DNA from: an uncultured Nitrospira sp.
Lineage (GTDB): Bacteria; Nitrospirota; Thermodesulfovibrionia; Thermodesulfovibrionales; UBA6898
Length of the DNA stretch: 64,000 nucleotides
Assembly (NCBI GenBank): GCA_963746295.1
Contig: CAVVAQ010000008.1
Location: 42,882-106,881 of the forward strand
Direction: 5' to 3'
Shown here: positions 28,795-38,003 of the stretch, piece after piece
Layout of the letters: each line of letters opens with the position of its first letter
How positions within the stretch are numbered: the first letter of the stretch is position 1
The notes under the pieces: model-generated
Told to the model about the DNA's origin: nothing
Database searches by the model: none
Seen by the model: only the letters and a program-made list of their open reading frames with translations
Position numbers and translations under genes: made by a program

Positions 28795-31700
28795 TCATCT
28801 ATCCAGTATTTCCCTGATATTCCTGAGCAGGACATTCAGTGAGACAGGCTTAATGATAAAACGGACTCTTTCAGTGTCTTCAATCCCTTCCTTTGAAAAT
28901 ATCTCCTCAGAATATCCGGTCAGGAAAATTACCCGAATATCGGGATTAAGCACCCTGAAAACATCATACACCTCTTTGCCGTTTTTCTTCGGCATAATGC
29001 CGTCAAGAAGAGCAAGATGAATTGCACCTTTATGTTCAATGAATTTATTTATCGCATCCTCTCCGTTAACAGCCTCGATTACTGTATAACCAAAATGCTC
29101 GAGAAGCGTCCTTGAAAGCTTTCTCAGAGGTACGTCATCTTCAGCAATAAGAATGGTCTCTGTCCCTCCCCTGACCTCAACTGCGTCCCGGGCTTCTGCT
29201 TTTGTTTCGGCCTGCGCCCTGGCAACCGGTAAATAGATCCTGAATGTTGTACCACTGCCGGGTTCACTATAAACATTAATAAATCCGTTATGTTTTTTGA
29301 CAATTCCATATATCATCGAAAGGCCGAGACCAGTGCCTTTGCCTTCTTCTTTTGTCGTAAAAAAAGGCTCAAATATTTTTTTCTTTGTCTTTTCATCCAT
29401 CCCGGTGCCTGTATCCGATACGGAAATAACCGCGTATTGTCCGGGCGTTCCGTAACCATATGCCTCAACAAATTCCTTATCGAGTTCAGCAAGTCCTGTT
29501 TCAATAATCAATTTCCCGCCCTTGGGCATCGCATCCCTTGCGTTTGTTGCAAGATTCATAAGGACCTGTTCTATCTGTCTGATGTCAGCTGATATTGAGA
29601 GTGGCTCCCCTGCATAGAGTATCTTTAATTCAATATCCTCTCTTATCAGTCTTTTAAGAAACTTTTCGAACTGTCTTATCAGGTCATTCAAATCCAGCAG
29701 TTGCAGATTTACCAGCTGCTTCCTGCTGAAGGACAAGAGACTTTGCGTAAGCACGGTCGCCCTGTTTGAGGCTTCGAGTATCTGCTCCAGATTATGTTTT
29801 ATCGGGTCAGCATCATTCAGCATCATAAGCGCGAGTTGCGCATATCCAACTATTGCCGAAAGAATATTGTTGAAGTCGTGAGCCACGCCTCCGGCAAGAG
29901 TGCCTATGGCCTCAAGCTTCTGGGACTGCAGAAGTTGTTCCTCCAGTTTTCTGTGCTCGGTGATATCCCTGCCGACTTCGATAACGTTTACGACATTTCC
30001 CTCTTCATCACTCAACGGGATCGTTCTCAAATCCCATACCCTGCCGTCCGGTGAGGCAACTGTCCCGGCAGCGGGTCCGCCTGATTGGAAGCTCACTACA
30101 ACCGGGCAGGCTTCACAGGGCCTGCTCCTGTTTTGCCAGAGTGTGTAACAGTATCGTCCTACCAAATCTTCAGGTTCTTTCCCCACACTCTTTGCAGCGC
30201 CCTTGTTTGCCCAGAGAATCTTCATATTTTTGTCTTTAAGGGTAAGCCTGTCCGGTATAGCGTCAAGAAGGGCATGGAATTCCTGCGAGAGTCTGCGAAA
30301 TTCCGCCTCGCTCCGGGCAAGTTTTTTTTCAGCCTGCTTGCGCTCGGTAATGTCGTGAACAATGGAGTGCAGGAAGGCTTTTCCCTTTGCCTCGATCTTG
30401 CTGCTGAACACTTCCACGTCGCGGACAGAACCATCGGCCCTCCTGTGGCGAAATTCAAAATGGATCCGCTTCTGGGTCCCGGCCTTCTCCATTTCCTTCC
30501 TGATTTCCTCTGGCGGAAGCGTGTTGATCTCCTGTATCCTCATCTGTTTGAATTCCGCACGAGGCCATCCGTAGAAACGCACCGCCGCATCATTCGCGTC
30601 GACAATCTGACCGGTATCCGGCTCTATCACGAGCTTGACCGCAGCATGATTTTCGAACAGGTTCCTGTAAAGCGCCTCACTTTCCTGCAGCGCTTCTTCT
30701 GCCTGTTTGCGCCCGGTAATGTCAAAAATGACCGCCAGAAAATAGCCTCCCCTGTCCGGCGGAAAGTACTGCAAGTGGACTTCAACCGGATAAAAACTGC
30801 CGCCTTTGCGCTGATGTCTTGTTTCAAAGGTTATGAACGATTGTTTCCCTTCCCTTAAAGGGCCAATAAGCCTTTCAAATGCTTCGAGATCATAATCAGG
30901 TTTCAAGTCGAGCGGGGTGAGCCTGGTAATTTCTTCGTATGCGTAGCCAAGGTTTATCAGCGCACCGTAGTTTACGTACGTAAAATAAAGCGTTGCGGCA
31001 TCGAACATATATATTTCGTTAAGACTTGCCTCAAGCGCATTGGCAAAACGTAATTTTTCTTCCAGTGCCTGCTTGCGCTCCGTGATGTCCTGCGCGATTT
31101 CCAGCCGGACCATCCGGCCGTCAGTCCACTGAATGATCTGGTCACGGCATTCATACCAATTGCCTGACTTTGTATTCTGAAACTCCCAGGTGTATACGCC
31201 CTTCGGCATTCCTTCTCCTGTCCGTAATCTGTCATTGGTACAGAACGGACATTGTCCCTGCTGTCCTGCCTGAAGCACTTCCCAGCATTTTCTGCCGGCG
31301 TAATCCCCAACAATCTCGCGGCCGTATTTGTTCATAAACAGAAGCTCAGAGGTTTCCATGTCTGCCACATATACCACCGCGTCCATGCTATCGAGCAGCG
31401 TCAGCATTCTGGCGTTGGCCTTGCTCAATATCTCCTCCGCCTGCTTATGCTCGGTGATGTCAATCGCAGTGAAGGTAACGCCGGCAGAAAGGTCCTCGGG
31501 ATTGATGGGGTTCGAACTCAGACTCACATTCAGTATTGATCCGTCTTTTCTTATCCAGCGCGTTTCAACCGTGCCAATTCCGTGCTCGGCAATCTGACGG
31601 TATTTCTCGCGGCCGACAAATTCAAAGTCTTCCTGCGTCGGATACAGGACCCTCGCGCTCTTTCCGATCAATTCATCACGGCTGCGGCCGGTCATTTCGC

Positions 31701-32301
31701 AGAGATGGCTATTGACCTCAATAAGCACCCTGTTTACAACAACGCCGATGCCCACCGGGACCGCCCGCAGGATACTCTGGAGCCTTGCCTCACTCTTCTT
31801 CAGCGCTATCTCAGCCTGCTTGCGCTCAGTGATGTTGATGGTTGACGCAAGCGCTGAAACAATCTCTCCTTTTTCATTCCGCAGCGGGACAACATGGGTA
31901 TACAGCCACAGAGGCCGGCCGTTCAGAGCGATCATCTTGAATTCGAGGGTTCGGGATTCGCCTTTGAAGACATCCTGTGTCACGGCCTTGAACGCCTCAC
32001 GATATTCCTCGCAGACCATCGGATACACGCAGTTACCTTTTACCTGGTAAAGGGAATCCGCTCCGATCAGGTCCAGTCCTGCGCGGTTCATGCTCTGCAG
32101 AGACCCGTCTGCAGCAATAAGCTTGATTCAGGTGGGTGCTGCTTCAATGATCATATCGAGAAGTCCTTGGCTCAACCCCGGAGAACCAGTGACCTGTCCG
32201 TGTTCTCCTTCCAATGACCTATTCAGCAGCTCGGCATTTCGCCGCCGCAATTCCGCCAATTCACTGATGAGTTGATCTTTTGTTTTATCTGTATCGTTCA
32301 T
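28795..32301 (-). CDS. Multi-PAS hybrid histidine kinase with an in-frame TGA at 32128-32130
   Basis: ORF 28795..32091 has about 6-7 PAS/PAC units (repeated DITERKQAEE linkers), GGVAHDFNNIL, an HATPase domain and a receiver. The same frame is open upstream to ATG 32301 (MNDTDKTKDQLISELAELRRRNAEL...IIEAAPT*IKLIAADGSLQSMN) apart from that one TGA. Confidence 0.85.
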
Positions 32302-32399
32302 GGAGCTATAGAAAAAGACTTTTCTTCAAGTTTACCGGTATTGAGAGAAGAAAGCCAGATATTATAAAAGTCGAAGAAGTTAACGAAATATTGGCACAT

Positions 32400-32427
32400 A
32401 CAAACTTCGAAACTAAGTGGTTTCGAG
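32400..32427 (-). terminator. Weak hairpin after mtaD
   Basis: On the minus strand, TCGAAAC-cacttag-GTTTCGA is followed by AGTTTGTATG. Confidence 0.35.
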
Positions 32428-33753
32428 TTAATAAACGCTGGCAGAAAAGATCTTCTTTCCCCATTCCCTTGCCTTCTCAAGTATCTCCGACTCGTCGGTG
32501 GTGGTAGATATGCCTTCATTCAGAACGATCTTTCCGTTAACAAGGACTGTATCGATGTCAGCCGAATTCATCGAGTAAACAACGTGGGAATAGATGTCGT
32601 AGAGCGGGGCCAGATGCGGTTTTTTCAGGTCGGCAAGGACAATGTCCGCTGCCTTGCCCGCTCCCAGACTTCCCGTGATACTGCCGAGGCCGAGGGCCTC
32701 AGCCCCCCATCTCGTCGCCATGAGCAGCGCCTGTTTCGCATTCAGCGCTGTCGGATCTCCGGAGACGGCCTTATGCACCTTTGCAGCAGTAGACATCTCG
32801 CCAAGTATGTTCAGGTCATTGTTGCTGGCTGCCCCGTCTGTGCCGTACGTGACTTTCACCCCTGCTTTGAGCATTTTTACGACAGGGGCTATTCCCGAGG
32901 CAAGTTTCAGGTTGCTCTCTATGCAGTGAGCCACACCTGTCTTCCTGTGAGCGAGGATCTCTATTTCTTCATCATCTATCCAGACACAGTGGGCTGCCAT
33001 AACGCGTTCATCAAGCACACCTATACTGTCAAGGAGCATAACCGGTCTTTTTCCGTACCTCTTCGTTACTTCGTTAAGCTCCCATTCGGTCTCGGCCAGA
33101 TGCAGGTGCATCGGGATATGGTATTTCCCCGAGAGTTCCCAGGCCCTTATCATTGTGTCAGGAGAACAGGTGTAGGGCGCGTGCGGGGCTACAGCCGGGA
33201 CAATCAGGTCATCGCCTGCCCAGCCTCTGATGAACTCTTCAGCGTTCGCGAAATATTCATCAGAAGTCTTCGCTGTCTTGCTCGGAAAATCGAGAATGCC
33301 TGCTCCGACAACCGCCCTCATTCCGACCTGCTTCGTGGCCCTGGCGACCGCGTCACCGAAAAAGTACATATCGTTATATACAGTAATACCGGCCTTCAGC
33401 ATCTCGAGGCAGGCGAGTTCCACAGCATCACCGACAAATTCATTGCTGAGCCATTTTTCCTCAGCAGGCCAGATATGCTCTTCGAGCCAGACCTTGAGCG
33501 GAAGGTCATCTGCGAGGCCGCGGAAATAGACCATCGCAGCATGGGTGTGGGTATTTACAAGACCGGGAAAGGCCACCTTCCCCGATCCACCGATCACGGA
33601 ATCAGACTCATATTTCGCGGCAACTTCTTCCGCAGGACCGACCAGCACAATCTTATTGCTTTTTAACGCTATTGCACCGTCTGATATAAGCGTAAAGTCC
33701 TTGTCCATGGTAAGGACATAGTCCGCCTTTACGATTATATCTGCCTTTGTCAC
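32428..33753 (-). CDS. mtaD: 5-methylthioadenosine/S-adenosylhomocysteine deaminase (amidohydrolase)
   Basis: The sequence reads FPGLVNTHTHAAMVYFRGLADDLPLKVWLEEHIWPAE...HLAETEWE...GTDGAASNNDLN. Confidence 0.85.
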   Translation of the reverse strand: MTKADIIVKADYVLTMDKDFTLISDGAIALKSNKIVLVGPAEEVAAKYESDSVIGGSGKVAFPGLVNTHTHAAMVYFRGLADDLPLKVWLEEHIWPAEEKWLSNEFVGDAVELACLEMLKAGITVYNDMYFFGDAVARATKQVGMRAVVGAGILDFPSKTAKTSDEYFANAEEFIRGWAGDDLIVPAVAPHAPYTCSPDTMIRAWELSGKYHIPMHLHLAETEWELNEVTKRYGKRPVMLLDSIGVLDERVMAAHCVWIDDEEIEILAHRKTGVAHCIESNLKLASGIAPVVKMLKAGVKVTYGTDGAASNNDLNILGEMSTAAKVHKAVSGDPTALNAKQALLMATRWGAEALGLGSITGSLGAGKAADIVLADLKKPHLAPLYDIYSHVVYSMNSADIDTVLVNGKIVLNEGISTTTDESEILEKAREWGKKIFSASVY

Positions 33754-33772
33754 ATATCCTCTCAGGATTCCG

Positions 33773-34886
33773 TTATTTTTCGACCACGATACGGAGCATG
33801 CGCCTGAGCGGTTCTGCCGCTCCCCAGAGGAGCTGGTCGCCGCAGGTAAAGGCGTTCAGAAAAGTCGGTCCCATATTCATCTTGCGCAGCCGGCCGATCG
33901 GCACGGTGAGGGTCCCGGTCACAGCAGCAGGGGTGAGTTCCCGTATCGTAATATCACGCTGATTAGGGACCACTTTCACCCAGGAATTGTGTCCCGCAAG
34001 GATGCCCTGAATTTCGTCCAGAGGAACGTCTTTCGTCATCTTGATCGTAAGCGCCTGACTGTGACAGCGCATAGCGCCCACGCGCACACAGGTGCCGTCG
34101 ATAGGGACAGGATTTGACTCACGTCCGAGAATTTTATTGGTCTCGGCCTGGCCTTTCCATTCCTCCTTGCTCTGGCCGTTCTCCAGCTGCTTGTCGATCC
34201 AGGGGATGACGGAGCCGGCCAGAGGAACACCGAAGAACTCTTTTGGATAGGCGTCTGAGCGGATATGCTCGGCCACTTTGCGGTCAATTTCAAGGATCGC
34301 GCTCGACGGAGTGTCAAGCAGGTCCTTTACCGCACCATGGACAGAGCCCATCTGTTTGAGCAGTTCACGCATGTTGTTTGCGCCTGCCCCGGAGGCAGCC
34401 TGGTAAGTCATGGCGCTCATCCATTCCACCAGCCCGCGCTCGTATAAACCTCCCAGCGCAATGAGCATAAGGGAGACGGTGCAGTTGCCGCCGATATAGT
34501 TTTTAATGCCCTTCGCCAGACCGTCCTTAATCACGTTGAGGTTGACCGGATCAAGGATAATGACTGAGTCCTTTTCCATACGCAGGGCAGAGGCTGCATC
34601 GATCCAGTACCCCTTCCAGCCGGTTGCCCGGAGTTTCGGGTATACTTCAGCTGTAAATTCGCCTCCCTGACAGGAAACAATAGTATCCATAGACTTCAGC
34701 TCATCTATATTTTTAGCGTCCTTGAGTGCAGGAACATCCTTTCCTATCTCGGGCGCCTTGCCTCCCACATTCGAGGTAGTGAAGAAGGACCGGATCTATG
34801 AGATTGAAATCCTTTTCTTCATGCATACGACCCATGAGCACCGAACCTACCATTCCGCGCCAGCCTATAAAACCAACTCGCATCAT
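33773..34886 (-). CDS. asd: Aspartate-semialdehyde dehydrogenase (E. coli-type), 1-nt frameshift near 34790
   Basis: The N-terminus [33 protein letters not shown] is read from 34886. Removing one C in GGTCCTTC restores [13 protein letters not shown] and joins ORF 33773..34768 (GGNCTVSLM active-site Cys, QAASGAGA). Confidence 0.9.
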
Positions 34887-34932
34887 CTTCTTTCTCCTTT
34901 ACCTATACTTTTTTACTGTCCGGGGAATTTTT

Positions 34933-34961
34933 ATTATACTGCAATTACAAAAAAGTGTCTA
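34933..34961 (-). promoter_or_regulatory. Sigma70-like promoter for asd (TAGACA-N17-TATAAT)
   Basis: Read on the minus strand. The -10 TATAAT is at 34938-34933 and the -35 TAGACA at 34961-34956. It lies about 45 nt upstream of the asd ATG, which has an AAAGGAG RBS. Confidence 0.45.
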
Positions 34962-34991
34962 AAAAGAGACTCAACAACTATATGAAAAACA

Positions 34992-37709
34992 TCAGCTGGC
35001 AACTAGCGGCAGGGTAAATATAAATGCAGCACCTTTATCAGCATTACTCTCCACCCAGATACGACCGCCGTGGTTTTCGATAATGGCCTTACAGATCGCC
35101 AGTCCCAATCCGGTTCCATGCGGTTTGCCTTTTTTGGTATCACTAATCTGATGAAACTTCTCGAATATGCGTACTCGCTCTTCGGGCTGTATGCCGGGGC
35201 CGTTATCACGGACCTCGATCCTTCCCACGTTAAACTCGGAAGAAAGTTGTATGTGAACCCTGCCGGTGTCCGGATCACAAAACTTTATTGCGTTTGAAAG
35301 CAGGTTGATGAGAACCTGCACAAGCATGTCGTGATCAGCAATCGCCGTAACCGGGGCGCCGGGTAATCCGCTCGTAATGCTCACATTTCTATCACGTGAA
35401 AGCTGGCTTGTTGCGACAAGGGCCTCCTGAACCACGTCGATCAGATCGACTTTCTCCCGTGACCCTTTGTGAGCTCCTGATTCTACCTTGGTAAAATCCA
35501 GGACCTGGTTTACAAGACGCGTCAGACGCTCTGTTTCTTTCACGACAATCCCCAGAAATTGCTTTCGTTGCTCCGGATCCATATCAATATTGTCCTGAAG
35601 AATTTCGGAAAAACTCCGGATTGATGTCAGAGGGGTGCGAAGCTCATGACTGATAGTTGAGACAAATTCATCCTTCAGGAGATCCAATTCCTTCAGGCGT
35701 TCGTTCGTCCGCTTGAGTTCCCGGGTTGCCGCTTCAAGCTCGCGGGATTTCTGCTCAAGCTTATGGCTATACTCGATTACCTGAGAGGTTTCGTCCATGA
35801 TTCTCATAAGCCCTTCAATGCTCAGGGCCTCCCCCTCGACAATCGACGAAATCATTACCCGGGCCGAAGCCGCTCCTATTGTACCGGCAAGCTCACGTTC
35901 GGCAAACTCAACCATATTCGCATCGGCAAGGGTCTCTTCGCTCAGTTCGAGAGAGTGCTGACGGGCATAGTCCTGAAAGGCCCTCTCCGTCCTTTCCGGC
36001 CCGATCATCCGCCCCACGAGATTTTTCAGATCGATGAGCCTGGTGGTACCCTGCCACAGCCGTGTATCTCCTGCATCCGGGCCCCTCTTATAAACATCCA
36101 CAAACATGGCAGCCTGTAATTGCTCGAGCGCCTCCTGCCTTGAGAAAAGCGACACACCAACAAGAATTCCAACGTTGAACAACATGCTCCAGAACACCGA
36201 GTGAGTTATGGGATCGAAGTCAGTGAGGTTGAAAAGATGATACGGTCCCAGCATCGAGATGCCAAATGGTCCGGGCTCGACAAATGACGTGGGAATCCAT
36301 CCGGATATTGCAAAAGACGGCAAAAGAAGGGTGTATATCCATACGGCAAAGCCTGCAAAAAGCCCGGCCAGTGCCCCTTTCGGGCTGGCCCCCTTCCAGT
36401 AGATACCAAACAATATGGCGGGTGCAAACTGTGCTGCAGCCGCGAAGGAGACAAGTCCTATGGAAACCAGTGCGTATGATTCCCCGATAAGGCGGAAATA
36501 GAGGTAACCGAGCAAAAGCACCGCCAGAATGCTTCCACGGCGTATTGCCAATAGCATTCCTCCCATATTGTCCCTGTGCAACAGCTTCAGTCTCAGAAGA
36601 ATCGGCACGAGAAGATCGTTGCAAAGCATGGTGGAAAGCGCAATAGACTCGACTATCACCATGCCCGTGGCAGCGGAAAGCCCCCCGATGAAGACAAACA
36701 GGGCCAGTATGCTTCGGCCCTGGGACAACGGAAGAGTGAGAACTATGGTATCGGGGTTCAGCGTCCCGGGGGGGAACAGTATGACGCCTGCAAAGGCAAT
36801 CGGTATTACAAACAGGTTCATCGCAAAGAGATAGAGGGGAAAGAGCCATACGGCAGTGCGCACATGCTCTTCATTGACATTCTCAACAACAAGGATTTGA
36901 AATTGCCGCGGGAGAAACATTATCGCGGTCATTGATATGAACGTCAGCGTTATCCATGAGACATAAGCGCCGGGAAGGGCATCCATTCCCATCAGCCGCC
37001 GCAGTTCCGGTATCTGCTCAGCTTGTGTAAAAAGATCGGCCGGCCCTTTGAAAAGAGCGAAGGTTACATAAATACCAACGGCCGTGAAAGCAAGAAGCTT
37101 TACCATCGACTCAAATGCAATGGCGGCGACCATTCCCTCGTGTCGCTCCGTGACGTTAATGTGCCGGGTACCGAAGAGTATGGAGAAGACGGCCAGGATC
37201 AGCGCCACGTAAAGCGCTGTATCGTGTCCGAAGGAGACTTCACCTGCCTGCTGTACACCATGATAATTGAAAAGCACATTAAAACTCGAGGATATGGCTT
37301 TTAACTGAAGCGAAATGTAGGGCATGATGCCGACAACAGCAATAATAGTAACGAGTCCGCCGATTTTCATGCTCTTCCCAAAACGGGACGCGATAAAATC
37401 AGCGATGCTCGTGATATTGAAAGCCTTGCTCAGATGAATGATTTTGCGGAGGACAACCCACCATAACAACGCCGCAAGAGTCGGGCCAAGGTAGATCGGA
37501 AGAAAACCAACGCCGGTGGCTGCCGCCCGGCCCACGCTGCCATAGAACGTCCAGCCTGTGCAGTAAACCGCGATGGAAAACGTATAGATGTAAGGATTGC
37601 TGATGATGGAACGCCCGGAATCCGCCCGCTTGTCCCCATAATATGCAACGGCAAAGAGAATACCGAGATAGCCGAATGATATCAGCAGTATGATCCAGTG
37701 GGGAAGCAT
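34992..37709 (-). CDS. Sensor histidine kinase fused to an N-terminal sodium:solute symporter (SSS)-family transporter domain (CbrA/CrbS-like architecture)
   Basis: About 500 aa with ~13 TM helices of SSS type. A coiled coil follows, then the H-box FVSTISHELRTPLTSI and an HATPase domain (DNGPGI, GTGLGLAICK). No receiver domain. Confidence 0.85.
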   Translation of the reverse strand: MLPHWIILLISFGYLGILFAVAYYGDKRADSGRSIISNPYIYTFSIAVYCTGWTFYGSVGRAAATGVGFLPIYLGPTLAALLWWVVLRKIIHLSKAFNITSIADFIASRFGKSMKIGGLVTIIAVVGIMPYISLQLKAISSSFNVLFNYHGVQQAGEVSFGHDTALYVALILAVFSILFGTRHINVTERHEGMVAAIAFESMVKLLAFTAVGIYVTFALFKGPADLFTQAEQIPELRRLMGMDALPGAYVSWITLTFISMTAIMFLPRQFQILVVENVNEEHVRTAVWLFPLYLFAMNLFVIPIAFAGVILFPPGTLNPDTIVLTLPLSQGRSILALFVFIGGLSAATGMVIVESIALSTMLCNDLLVPILLRLKLLHRDNMGGMLLAIRRGSILAVLLLGYLYFRLIGESYALVSIGLVSFAAAAQFAPAILFGIYWKGASPKGALAGLFAGFAVWIYTLLLPSFAISGWIPTSFVEPGPFGISMLGPYHLFNLTDFDPITHSVFWSMLFNVGILVGVSLFSRQEALEQLQAAMFVDVYKRGPDAGDTRLWQGTTRLIDLKNLVGRMIGPERTERAFQDYARQHSLELSEETLADANMVEFAERELAGTIGAASARVMISSIVEGEALSIEGLMRIMDETSQVIEYSHKLEQKSRELEAATRELKRTNERLKELDLLKDEFVSTISHELRTPLTSIRSFSEILQDNIDMDPEQRKQFLGIVVKETERLTRLVNQVLDFTKVESGAHKGSREKVDLIDVVQEALVATSQLSRDRNVSITSGLPGAPVTAIADHDMLVQVLINLLSNAIKFCDPDTGRVHIQLSSEFNVGRIEVRDNGPGIQPEERVRIFEKFHQISDTKKGKPHGTGLGLAICKAIIENHGGRIWVESNADKGAAFIFTLPLVAS

Positions 37710-38003
37710 CTAGTCTGTTTCACTCCCCTCCGCCCTGGAAGATCTTCCGGAGCCGGACCGTTTGCCTTTCATGATGAGAAACGAAGAAACGATAATCAGT
37801 GCCCAGACAAAAAACAGATACAAATACAGCAAAGGAATGCCGCACACAAGACTGAATCTGATAAAAAGCGATAACAGGGGGAAACTGAGAGCCAGTGCCC
37901 CCGCAATCAAAAGCGCGATTAGCCGTTCATTTTGACTTTTGACCACGGGCTTCAGGGAGTTCCACGGTTCAGCTGATGGTTTTTCTCTTTCCTTCACGTT
38001 CAT
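37710..38003 (-). CDS. Small two-TM membrane protein preceding the SSS domain (DUF485/DUF3311/CbrX-like position)
   Basis: 97 aa with two hydrophobic helices (LIALLIAGALALSFPLLSLF, GIPLLYLYLFFVWALIIVSSF). Its start overlaps the upstream stop by 4 nt. Its stop is immediately followed by the kinase ATG. Confidence 0.6.
   Translation of the reverse strand: MNVKEREKPSAEPWNSLKPVVKSQNERLIALLIAGALALSFPLLSLFIRFSLVCGIPLLYLYLFFVWALIIVSSFLIMKGKRSGSGRSSRAEGSETD

Noticed and set aside
32128-32130. The in-frame TGA in the PAS kinase as selenocysteine.
   Set aside because: The position corresponds to a Gly/Trp in the PAS consensus, no redox motif surrounds it, and no convincing SECIS-like hairpin lies immediately downstream. 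A point error or nonsense mutation is simpler.
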